This document shows, piece by piece, positions 9,923-19,268 of a stretch of DNA of 64,000 nt. This stretch comes from Legionellales bacterium (GTDB lineage Bacteria > Pseudomonadota > Gammaproteobacteria > UBA1113): assembly GCA_002709565.1 (NCBI GenBank), contig PAPY01000031.1, positions 71 through 64,070 on the forward strand, in the 5' to 3' direction. Position 1 is the first letter of the stretch; every line of letters begins with the position of its first letter. Below the pieces are notes generated by a model that saw only the letters and a list, made by a program, of their open reading frames with translations, made no database searches and was not told the DNA's origin. A program made the translations under genes and the position numbers.

Positions 9923-11272
9923 ATGAAGCGATACCGGGATAAAGTCATCGATTTATTTCGCAACACAGACAAGTTTAGCCACCAAGCGGCGACGGTCGTA
10001 GGCTGGACGGCTATCTCGCAGATCATCATGTTTCTGGGGATCCCTTTTGTTAGCCGTATCTTCACCCCTGAAGCCTTTGGTGTCTATGCTGTGTATGCAG
10101 CGGTTATTTATATCCTTAACGGTGTTGTTTCTTTGGGCTGTGAGTTATTGATCCCCAACCCAAGTTCGGATGAAGAAGGCGCGACACTATTTTGGGTATC
10201 AATTATTAATTTATTATTGGTAACCATTGTTATTTCGATCCTGTTGCTGATAAGCAACTATACCGCTGTCTGGGAAACACTTAATTTAACGGCGCTTAGT
10301 CATTATCAATGGCTCATTGTTTTTGGCGCTGTTGCTATTGGTCTCAGGAATTGCTTGCTGTATTGGTTTACTCGAATACGGCGTTTTAACCAGGTAGGTA
10401 AAGCTCGGTTTTTACAAGCTCCAGTTATTGTCTTTGTTCAGGTTGGGGTTGGTTATTTATATCCACACCCAGATGTATTAATCATTGGTGGCGTATTGAG
10501 TTGGTTAATATCCGATATTTATCTGCTCATGAAGTTAGACGGTGAGCAACGAAAGTTATTGCGTCAAGGACAAGCAACACAATATTTCAGTGTGCTGCAA
10601 TCCAATAAGGCTTTTTTTAGCCATACAACGTCATCGTTATTCTTATTGAATTTATCGAACTATCTCCCGACCATACTTTTTGCGATAAGCTTTGACCCCG
10701 CTGTGGCAGCCCTTTATGCATTAGCTTACCAAGCTTTTAGCCCATTAGATTTGATCAGTAATGCGATTATTCAACTTTATATTGGTGAGGGTAATCGGAT
10801 TGTGCGTAACCACCCCCTTCAACTAAAAACATTCTACAAGAAAATGCTAGTGGGACTCAGTTTGATTACTATCGTTCCGATTACCATTGCTGCAATTTGG
10901 GGTGGGCCGATATTCGGTTTTGTCTTTGGTGCCAAATGGTATCATGCGGGTGTCTATGCCCAAATCATGGCCTTCGCGATGATGATGCGTTTTGTGGTGA
11001 TAGCTGCTTCACAGAATTTGGCAGTGCTCAAAAAGCAAGGTTTGAATTTGGCCTGGAGCAGTATCTATATAGTACTGATCCTGGCAGCATTTATTCCAGC
11101 GAACCTATTAGCCGGATTCACCAAAGCAGAATACACGATTGTATTATTATCATGCATGATGATGCTATCTTATTTTATCTTAGTACTATTAAATTTTGGC
11201 GTTATTCACCGACAGATCCCAAATTATGTCGGTTCTAATAACAATGGCTTTAGAGAACAAGCGGAAAGTTAA
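9923..11272 (+). CDS. wzx: Wzx-like polysaccharide/O-antigen flippase (PST family, multi-TM)
   Basis: 449 aa, about 12 predicted TM segments, PST-family N-terminal organisation, in a glycan cluster. Confidence 0.7.
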   Translation: MKRYRDKVIDLFRNTDKFSHQAATVVGWTAISQIIMFLGIPFVSRIFTPEAFGVYAVYAAVIYILNGVVSLGCELLIPNPSSDEEGATLFWVSIINLLLVTIVISILLLISNYTAVWETLNLTALSHYQWLIVFGAVAIGLRNCLLYWFTRIRRFNQVGKARFLQAPVIVFVQVGVGYLYPHPDVLIIGGVLSWLISDIYLLMKLDGEQRKLLRQGQATQYFSVLQSNKAFFSHTTSSLFLLNLSNYLPTILFAISFDPAVAALYALAYQAFSPLDLISNAIIQLYIGEGNRIVRNHPLQLKTFYKKMLVGLSLITIVPITIAAIWGGPIFGFVFGAKWYHAGVYAQIMAFAMMMRFVVIAASQNLAVLKKQGLNLAWSSIYIVLILAAFIPANLLAGFTKAEYTIVLLSCMMMLSYFILVLLNFGVIHRQIPNYVGSNNNGFREQAES

Positions 11273-11278
11273 ACGACA

Positions 11279-14269
11279 ATGATTGAGACATCCTATTACC
11301 CTATTTTATTAATTTTACTCCAGTGTATTTTTACCTTTATTTTAAGCCCACTTAGCGTGTATGCTTGGGCTTGTCAATTTCTCAGGCTGAAGTCAGATCA
11401 AGACAAGCAACGGTTTTTCTTATTAAGCCTAGGAACGGGACCATTATTGATTGTTTGGCTGTTAGTCATGCTGATGTATTTTGTTCCGGGTCTTTCGGCT
11501 TGGGGCTATATTGTGGCAATAAATATTATTTTTATTCTGCCACTGGTCTTTTTATATCGTTATATGATGGATTTTATGTCCTATTTGCGACGTTTTTTTG
11601 CCGGACTGTTTGGAGACATCCGCGAGAATAAACTTTACCTATTGCTTTATAGCTGTGCCTTGATCGTTATTGCAGGCATGTTTTTTGCGAGTATCTTTTT
11701 ACCATTTACCGCAAATGATCCTATTGAATATGCGGTTACAGCAAAGATTTTTTATCAACATATGTCGGTAGGCATGTACCCTATCGTTAATGGTGAAGCA
11801 TTTGGTGGATTCATTGCACCATATACGCATCCCTTGGCCTATGCAGGCTCTCTCTTATGGATGTATTTAATTCAAGGAACCGCTGATCATTTCGGTCTAG
11901 CACGAATTATTTCTCCGTTTTTTGCCTTGATAACATTTATCACGATTGTTGGCTTACTACGACCAAAGAACAAAACAATAGCAATTGTTGCAGGTCTTTT
12001 TTATTTAGCAACACCAACTTTGCTGCATGGTTTTATTCAACATCAAATTGAGGCTGTAAGACTATATGGCTTTTTTGCCTTCTTCATGGTTGTGCCGTAC
12101 CTAATAATGAGGCCCCAGTGGCGGTCTGGCATAGTTACTGGGATTTTTTTAGGAATATGTTTATTCACCCACTCTCTTGGTCTATTGGCTATTCCAATAT
12201 TTCTTGTTATCTATTTCCTCCATGCCCAGGATGTATCCTTGTGGACGAAATTACGTAACTGCGCGATTCTGATCAGCGTAGGTTTAATATTTGTTCTGTT
12301 GCGCTACAGTATTAATTTCTCGGTATTTGGCGGATTAATTCAGGATAGTACATCGGTTAGAGAGATCCCATCATTATTTTACAACCAAATTAATGAAATT
12401 AACCAAGGTATTGCGACAACTAAACAAAAATGGCTGAATGGTTTCTTGCCGTTGTTTACGGGTTATATCTGGTATGGTTTATGTTATGCCATATTGCCTT
12501 TTGGGTTACTGCTAGTAAACAAATCATTTTTAAAGACGTTATGGCGTAATAAAGGCCTCAAGTTTGACAATCACGAAGATGTAACTGTTGCAGTCTCTGT
12601 CTTGGTTGCACTGGGCTATGTCAGTATGATCATCTTCTCTATTATAATCGGCCGAACGGATTTCATTATTAATTTCCGTTATATGTTGACAGCACAACCG
12701 CTTGCGGCAATTGCTGCAAGTTGGATTTTGGTCGTCCTTTGTAGACGCTATTTTACAAAGAACTGGCGCAAAATAATTGCTTGCTTCACCCTACTAAGCT
12801 TATTCTTCGCAACGCCTCTCGTCGGTGCAGATGTGAAGTCGGTTAATTTAACGCCGCACACCTTACTCGATGATGATTTTGCAAAGGCAGCTTATGGCAT
12901 GCCACTCTATCAGTTGTTGCGTGAATACAATCATGTTGCCACAGCAAATGATAAATTGCTTTCATTTACGAATGGCCAAACAGCATATTTTGCTAACACG
13001 CCCTTTGTTTATCGTACTGATGAAAGACTGGTGCCCTTGTATACAGCACGCACAAAAAGTGATGTGCTTAATTTTCTGCATGATTTAGGCGTGACCTATA
13101 TCCTGGTGCCAAGTTATGGCCAAATTTATATTACGCAGTCAAAGTTACAAGATTTATTAGCGGATCCAGCTTATAGCGAATTGGTAGCTGCCAGTAAAGG
13201 TGGGCAGTTATATCGTCTTCATTTTAAACCGTTGGCTTATATGACTAAATTGGTCCCATTAGTTAATTCCAACTTCGAGATGTTTAATGGCCGCCATGAG
13301 CCGCTAGGCTGGACGGCTGAGGATCTTGGAAATATTTCACAAGATATATCGGGCGGTTTATTTTTATCACATCCATCAGACTTTCTGAGACAGAGTAGCA
13401 CCCTTCATAGCATTTCTACAAAGCCGACTGTAGGATGTTCGCCGTTGAGTAATGCTGTTATCGCTTCAGGCAAACGCTATCACTTGTCTGCTAGTATTAA
13501 TGGATTAGGAATGCTAAATTTTGGCAATCAGTTTTATCATAAATCAGGTTACTCTCAGAGCATTCAATCTATCCCTTCCTTCACGCTACGGAATGATAGC
13601 AAGATGAAGCCACTATTATTCCAGTTTGCTACTGATCCAAGCCCTTATCACTATGATTTTTCCTTGTCATTCATGGGTCCAGGAAAGATCCTTTTAAAAA
13701 ATATTAAACTTGAGGAAATAACGTATGTTGACGAGTCGCATAATTACTTTAATGACCCTCAAAAGCAAGCACTAATAGATCGAGGCTGGGGGCTTTATCA
13801 AAGGAATTTAATTCATGCTGCACTAGTACCAGTAGTATCGACGCTTAAAAATAATAATGCCAATACAATATATCAGTGGTTTAGCCATTGGTCAGCAGTA
13901 TCTAAAAATGATCATAATTTTATTACAATTTTTCCTGAAGATAGCCAGAAATATTTTATTACTACGCCGCCCATAGCGTTATCTTACCCTGAAGTGAATA
14001 TTCATAAGGTGTTAATCTTGCGGGGGGAAGGTATTGTTCGTGTGCGATGGTATGGTAGATTAGCCAACGAACACAGCAAACCTATCTCAGCAACGTCGAT
14101 AGTTGCATTAAGCAACGAGGACATTCATATAGACTTTAGTTTGTCAGCAGAGCAGCAACAAAACCTAGAAAATGAATATCCGACACTGAGGGAGATATAC
14201 GTACAATTAGAATACATACGACCCTCCCATAATAAGCCAGGAGAATTCATGGTTGCTTCGGCAAAATAA
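11279..14269 (+). CDS. Large polytopic membrane protein with a roughly 500-aa C-terminal soluble domain; putative GT-C-fold glycosyltransferase (ArnT/PMT/GtrC-like)
   Basis: 996 aa. The N-terminal ~500 aa is very hydrophobic with at least 12 TM segments. An acidic motif (NDPIEY) follows the early TM helices, where GT-C enzymes carry their catalytic D/E. The next gene encodes a GT2 polyprenyl-phosphate sugar synthase, the classic two-gene pairing seen in ArnC/ArnT and GtrB/GtrC. Confidence 0.45.
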   Translation: MIETSYYPILLILLQCIFTFILSPLSVYAWACQFLRLKSDQDKQRFFLLSLGTGPLLIVWLLVMLMYFVPGLSAWGYIVAINIIFILPLVFLYRYMMDFMSYLRRFFAGLFGDIRENKLYLLLYSCALIVIAGMFFASIFLPFTANDPIEYAVTAKIFYQHMSVGMYPIVNGEAFGGFIAPYTHPLAYAGSLLWMYLIQGTADHFGLARIISPFFALITFITIVGLLRPKNKTIAIVAGLFYLATPTLLHGFIQHQIEAVRLYGFFAFFMVVPYLIMRPQWRSGIVTGIFLGICLFTHSLGLLAIPIFLVIYFLHAQDVSLWTKLRNCAILISVGLIFVLLRYSINFSVFGGLIQDSTSVREIPSLFYNQINEINQGIATTKQKWLNGFLPLFTGYIWYGLCYAILPFGLLLVNKSFLKTLWRNKGLKFDNHEDVTVAVSVLVALGYVSMIIFSIIIGRTDFIINFRYMLTAQPLAAIAASWILVVLCRRYFTKNWRKIIACFTLLSLFFATPLVGADVKSVNLTPHTLLDDDFAKAAYGMPLYQLLREYNHVATANDKLLSFTNGQTAYFANTPFVYRTDERLVPLYTARTKSDVLNFLHDLGVTYILVPSYGQIYITQSKLQDLLADPAYSELVAASKGGQLYRLHFKPLAYMTKLVPLVNSNFEMFNGRHEPLGWTAEDLGNISQDISGGLFLSHPSDFLRQSSTLHSISTKPTVGCSPLSNAVIASGKRYHLSASINGLGMLNFGNQFYHKSGYSQSIQSIPSFTLRNDSKMKPLLFQFATDPSPYHYDFSLSFMGPGKILLKNIKLEEITYVDESHNYFNDPQKQALIDRGWGLYQRNLIHAALVPVVSTLKNNNANTIYQWFSHWSAVSKNDHNFITIFPEDSQKYFITTPPIALSYPEVNIHKVLILRGEGIVRVRWYGRLANEHSKPISATSIVALSNEDIHIDFSLSAEQQQNLENEYPTLREIYVQLEYIRPSHNKPGEFMVASAK

Positions 14270-14367
14270 TTATTTGTAGGCCGTGGTTAATGATATACTA
14301 AGGCCATTTTAGGAGTCAGCGCTTTTTTTAGTCAGTCAGTGGTTAAAAAAGCTATAGTTAGGAGCCA

Positions 14368-15321
14368 GTGATGTTCAAAAATAAAACAGTTTGTGTGGTG
14401 GTGCCTTGCCACAATGAAGAAACCCAGATTGGTAAAGTGATAACCACTATGCCGGACTATGTTGATAATATCATCATTGTTAACGATGCCAGCCAGGACA
14501 AAACCTCTGATGTCGTCAGATCATATCAGGCGAATCATCCTCGGGTCACTCTGATAGAACATGAGCAGAATCAAGGTGTTGGTGGTGCTATTGCCACTGG
14601 CTATAAGTGGGCGCGGGACAATGAAGTGGATGTAGCCGTAGTAATGGCCGGCGATGGACAAATGGATCCCGTCGATTTGCCAGCAATTCTGGAGCCGGTG
14701 GTAACGGGTGAAGCAGATTACTCTAAGGCAAATCGCTTAACTACCGGTGAATCCTACAAGAATATTCCGAAAGTTCGCTATTTTGGTAATTCAGCTTTAA
14801 CCTTACTGACTAAAATTGTTTCCGGTTATTGGCATGTGACAGACTCACAAACAGGCTACACCGCAATCAACAAAGAAGCGTTACATACCATTGATTGGGA
14901 CAACATGTACAAACGCTACGGGCAGCCTAATGACTTGCTGGTGCGTTTGAATGTCTATAACTTCAAGGTCAAAGATGTTAAGACCCATCCCGTTTATAAT
15001 GTGGGTGAGTACTCAGGTATCAAAGTTCGCAAAGTAATTTTTTCCATTGGTTGGTTGTTGGTAAAACTGTTCTTCTGGCGTATGAAAGAAAAATACATTA
15101 TCCGTGATTTCCACCCATTGGTATTTTTCTATGTGCTCGGATTATTATTGGCAGTGGTTAGCCTAGGCTTCGGTGTTGATTTAATATTTCGTTGGATCAA
15201 AGACGGCTATGTACCGCAAATGACGGCGCTAGCGTTAATGTTTACGACCATTACTGGGTTGCAGTCAGGCTTTTTCGCCATGTGGATGGACTCAGATTAT
15301 AACCGTGATTTGCAGCGGTAA
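14368..15321 (+). CDS. GT2 family polyprenyl-phosphate glycosyltransferase (GtrB/ArnC/DPM1-like) with C-terminal TM anchors
   Basis: VVVPCHNEE N-terminal motif, DAS/DxD region, and two C-terminal TM helices. 317 aa. Confidence 0.8.
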   Translation: MMFKNKTVCVVVPCHNEETQIGKVITTMPDYVDNIIIVNDASQDKTSDVVRSYQANHPRVTLIEHEQNQGVGGAIATGYKWARDNEVDVAVVMAGDGQMDPVDLPAILEPVVTGEADYSKANRLTTGESYKNIPKVRYFGNSALTLLTKIVSGYWHVTDSQTGYTAINKEALHTIDWDNMYKRYGQPNDLLVRLNVYNFKVKDVKTHPVYNVGEYSGIKVRKVIFSIGWLLVKLFFWRMKEKYIIRDFHPLVFFYVLGLLLAVVSLGFGVDLIFRWIKDGYVPQMTALALMFTTITGLQSGFFAMWMDSDYNRDLQR

Positions 15322-15326
15322 TAGCT

Positions 15327-17294
15327 ATGTGCGGTATTGCGGGAATAATTGGCCTTAATCATCAGGGATTCCATGGGGCATCTGCTATTGCGGCAATGGC
15401 AACAGCAATGCGTCATCGCGGACCTGATGATGAAGGGTATATTATTACTCAGCAATCCCAACAACCTGTCGGCGTTCTCTATGGCAATGAAACCGCATCC
15501 ACTAATGACATACCCGATGCATATCGGCCAACAGATTCTATTACGACTAAAAATAATCAATTAGCCGATGCTTTTTTTGCCCATCGCCGTTTATCGATTG
15601 TTGATCTGCATGGTACTGGCCACCAACCCATGAGTGATAGTTCAGGGCGCTATTGGATTGTGTATAACGGTGAAGTTTACAATTACGGTGAATTAGCTGA
15701 TAGTTTAAGAGCTGAAGGTGTGACGCTCTATTCTAACTGTGATACGGAGGTTGTCCTACATGCCTATTTGCGCTGGGGTGAGCAAGCGCTACAAATGTTT
15801 AATGGCATGTTTGCCTTTGCTATTTGGGACAATGAGGCCAAGACAGTATTTTTTGCCAGAGACAGAATTGGTATCAAACCTCTTTTCTATACCATTAACG
15901 ATAATAAGTTTATTTTTGCGTCTGATATTAAGACCATCATTGCGTCGGGATATTATCATGCTGACTTGGACATTCAAGGCTTGTATCATGCCATGAGCTA
16001 TGGGGCGGCACCCCGGCCCATGACCACCTTCAAAAACGTCAAGTCTCTCGAAGCAGGCCATTGGCTTAAGCTTACCCCAGCAACAGGGCAATACACAATT
16101 CAACAATACTGGGATATACCGATTAACCAGGTTGATAACTCGCTGAGTGAAGCACAGGCTGTGGCTTTATTAGATGAAGCATTACATGAATCAATTAAAT
16201 ACCGCCTTCACAGTGATGTGCCTGTGGGAACCTTTATGAGCGGTGGCATTGATTCAACGACAGTATCAGCAATCGCTGCCGAACATCATCCCCACATCAA
16301 AGCCTTTACTCTTGGCTATTCAGGCAAACAGGCTGAAGCGTTCAATGAGCTTGAACAAGCGAAAGCGACAGCCAGTATGTATGATATCGATCATATCATT
16401 TCGATTGTTGAGCCAGAGTCCGTGCTAAATTATATTGATGAAACAGTGGCATCCTACGAAGAGCCCTTCTTCTCATTATCACCGAATTATATTATTTCTA
16501 AGCTTGTAGCGGACAATAATGTCAAAGTAGTATTGAATGGCCTCGGTGGTGATGAATTATTTGCGGGTTATCAAACCTTTCATATTGCCAAGTACCATCG
16601 CTTCTTGAAGTTACTCTATCCGCTCTTGAAATGTGCGAAGATGGCATATCCGCGTTTAGAGCGGACCATGGATCTCAAGGCTATGCGCGGCGTTGGCGAC
16701 CTGCATGGTGCCTTAATGAATAATATGTCATCTTTCCAAAAGAACAAACTATTTAACGTAGGCTCAGTGCAGGGCTTATGTTCCCTTGAGACCATCCGTG
16801 ATCTTTATATTCCTCAAGACAAAACATTTGGCAGTCATATTGAAGCCATGTGTTATATGTATGTAAAAAATTATATTGGTAATCATCATACTTATCGCGT
16901 CGACCAATTTACCATGGCGTTTTCCATTGAAGGGCGATTCCCATTTCTCGATCATAATTTTGTTGAGCTTGCCTTTAAGATCCCAGCCAGGCTTAAGATG
17001 CAAGGCCATGTTGGTAAATATATTTTACGACAACTAGCCCAGAAATATATTCATCCATCGTGCCTTAAAATGAGCAAAAAAGGCTTTGATTTACCGATGG
17101 ATTATTGGATCCACAATACATTGCATGATTTTGTTCATGATAAGCTTAGCTCGCTTTCAAATCGAGATTTATTTAATGGCAAGTTTATCCATAAAGTAGC
17201 CAAAAATTATCAACGTAAGCTGACGGATGACTATACATTATGGCAACTCGTTGGCGTTGAGCTATGGCTCGAGAAATTTATAGATACTAATTGA
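15327..17294 (+). CDS. Asparagine synthetase (glutamine-hydrolysing) family amidotransferase, second paralog
   Basis: MCGIAGIIG Ntn start. SGGIDST PP-loop. 655 aa. Confidence 0.85.
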   Translation: MCGIAGIIGLNHQGFHGASAIAAMATAMRHRGPDDEGYIITQQSQQPVGVLYGNETASTNDIPDAYRPTDSITTKNNQLADAFFAHRRLSIVDLHGTGHQPMSDSSGRYWIVYNGEVYNYGELADSLRAEGVTLYSNCDTEVVLHAYLRWGEQALQMFNGMFAFAIWDNEAKTVFFARDRIGIKPLFYTINDNKFIFASDIKTIIASGYYHADLDIQGLYHAMSYGAAPRPMTTFKNVKSLEAGHWLKLTPATGQYTIQQYWDIPINQVDNSLSEAQAVALLDEALHESIKYRLHSDVPVGTFMSGGIDSTTVSAIAAEHHPHIKAFTLGYSGKQAEAFNELEQAKATASMYDIDHIISIVEPESVLNYIDETVASYEEPFFSLSPNYIISKLVADNNVKVVLNGLGGDELFAGYQTFHIAKYHRFLKLLYPLLKCAKMAYPRLERTMDLKAMRGVGDLHGALMNNMSSFQKNKLFNVGSVQGLCSLETIRDLYIPQDKTFGSHIEAMCYMYVKNYIGNHHTYRVDQFTMAFSIEGRFPFLDHNFVELAFKIPARLKMQGHVGKYILRQLAQKYIHPSCLKMSKKGFDLPMDYWIHNTLHDFVHDKLSSLSNRDLFNGKFIHKVAKNYQRKLTDDYTLWQLVGVELWLEKFIDTN

Positions 17295-17301
17295 GGTAGT
17301 T

Positions 17302-19248
17302 ATGTGTGGAATTTTTGGTATCATCATCGGCAACAAAGCCAATTTTGATGAGTCACAATTAACGAAACTTTGGCAGAAACTGTTTTTGCTCTCTGAATCC
17401 CGCGGCAAAGAAGCAGCAGGGGTTTGTCTGCGTTCAGACCATATTGACGTCTATAAAGCCGCTAGTTCGGCTAAAGACCTACTCAAAAGCAAAGAATATA
17501 GGCTCTTATTTAATAAAGCCCTTAGCAGTAGTTATAAAGATGGCCGCATAGCAACCCCGCTCTGTTTATTTGGTCATTCGCGTCTGGTAACTAACGGCGT
17601 GCAAGGTATAAATGAAAACAACCAGCCTATTATTAGAGATGGTATCGTCACTGTGCATAACGGTATTGTTGTGAATATTGATGCTCTCTGGGATAAATAT
17701 AAAGATGAGACGAGCTCATTAACTCACCTGGACTCTGAAATTATCTGTTATTTATTACGAAAATACCTCAATGAAACGAATGACTTAACGACTGCAGTGC
17801 AAAAGACCTATGCTGAAATAGTTGGTATGACATCCATTGCTTGTGTATTCAACGATATGCCTTATTTATTATTAGCCACCAACAATGGTTCTTTGTATAT
17901 CTATAACGATATCGAAAATGATATTTTGTTTTTTGCCTCTGAGAAATTCATTATTGATACGATTGTCAAGCAGTTTCCAGAACAGTTATCTCCTACCCAC
18001 GTACAACAGTTAGCAGCGAATCAAGCTTGTGTTATTAACACAAACTCACTTGAGGCAAGTTTTTTCTCCGTCGAGCAATCTGAACACAAGGCTTTTGCTC
18101 CTGAGATATTAATACCAGTGAGTCAGGTCTTTGATACGTCTTATGAAGCAGAGACAGCCCGCGATAATATGCGCCGTTGTAGTAAATGTATTTTGCCTGA
18201 GACGATGCCGATGATTCAATTTGATGATGAGGGTGTTTGTCAATTTTGTCGTTATCACCAAAAAACCCAGCAACTTGGTCTTTCTGCATTACAAGAGCGA
18301 GTCGAGCCGTTTCGAAATTTCAATGGTCGTCCTGATTGCATTGTTGCCTTTAGTGGTGGACGGGATAGTTCCTACGGCTTGCATTATATAGTCACTGAAC
18401 TTGGTATGAAGCCTGTGGCTTATACCTATGACTGGGGCATGGTGACGGATCTTGCCCGCCGCAATCAGTCGCGCTTATGTGCAAAATTAGGCATAGAGCA
18501 TATTCTTGTTTCCGCAGATATCACCAAAAAACGTAAATATATCCGTAAAAATGTGCTTGCCTGGTTAAAGAAACCGGAGTTGGGTATGGTGCCATTGTTC
18601 ATGGCTGGCGATAAGCAATATATTACTTACCCCGTTGAAATTCGCCAGAAGACGGATACTGAATTAGTATTTTTTTGTGCTAACCAGTTCGAAAAAACCG
18701 GCTTTAAAACAGGCTTTTGTGGTTTAGATGAAGCGGGCAAATGGTATTTTCAGATGTCTCGCAAAGATAAGTTAAAGATTTTCACCTACTATCTCAAACA
18801 ATTTATGCGCAACCCAGCTTACATCAACGCCTCAATGCTCGATAGCGCCGTTGGATTTTATGCCTCATTCATGGTGGATAGAAGTAATTATCTGCAGTTC
18901 TTTAATTATATTCCATGGGACGAAAAGGTCATGACCGAGACATTGCGCCGTGAATATGATTGGGAATTTGCCGGTGATACTGATTCAAGTTGGCGTATTG
19001 GTGATGGCACAGCCGCGTTTTATAACTACATCTATTATACGATCGCAGGCTTTAGCGAAAATGACACATTCCGAAGTAACCAAATCCGTGATGGTCTTAT
19101 TACCCGAGAGGATGGCTTGCGTATGGCGAAGCAAGATAATACCCCGCGTTACGAGTCAATCCAGGAATATGCCAATATTATTGGTTTTGATTGCAGTGAA
19201 GCTCTAAAAATCATTAACGCTGTGCCTAAGTTGTATATGGGCTTGTAA
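17302..19248 (+). CDS. Fusion protein: N-terminal class-II glutamine amidotransferase domain plus C-terminal PP-loop N-acetyl-sugar amidotransferase (WbpG/PseA-like)
   Basis: MCGIFGII Ntn-Cys start. A downstream CxxC...CxxC zinc-ribbon-like segment (CSKCILPE...CQFCRYH). SGGRDS PP-loop motif, with the family reminiscent of WbpG-type amidotransferases. Confidence 0.6.
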   Translation: MCGIFGIIIGNKANFDESQLTKLWQKLFLLSESRGKEAAGVCLRSDHIDVYKAASSAKDLLKSKEYRLLFNKALSSSYKDGRIATPLCLFGHSRLVTNGVQGINENNQPIIRDGIVTVHNGIVVNIDALWDKYKDETSSLTHLDSEIICYLLRKYLNETNDLTTAVQKTYAEIVGMTSIACVFNDMPYLLLATNNGSLYIYNDIENDILFFASEKFIIDTIVKQFPEQLSPTHVQQLAANQACVINTNSLEASFFSVEQSEHKAFAPEILIPVSQVFDTSYEAETARDNMRRCSKCILPETMPMIQFDDEGVCQFCRYHQKTQQLGLSALQERVEPFRNFNGRPDCIVAFSGGRDSSYGLHYIVTELGMKPVAYTYDWGMVTDLARRNQSRLCAKLGIEHILVSADITKKRKYIRKNVLAWLKKPELGMVPLFMAGDKQYITYPVEIRQKTDTELVFFCANQFEKTGFKTGFCGLDEAGKWYFQMSRKDKLKIFTYYLKQFMRNPAYINASMLDSAVGFYASFMVDRSNYLQFFNYIPWDEKVMTETLRREYDWEFAGDTDSSWRIGDGTAAFYNYIYYTIAGFSENDTFRSNQIRDGLITREDGLRMAKQDNTPRYESIQEYANIIGFDCSEALKIINAVPKLYMGL

Positions 19249-19268
19249 AGCCATAGCAAAGCTCTGGG

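Noticed and set aside
10897-11238. 113-aa ORF inside the wzx gene
   Set aside because: It is a same-strand alternative frame within a strongly supported multi-TM flippase CDS. It is Cys-rich with implausible composition.
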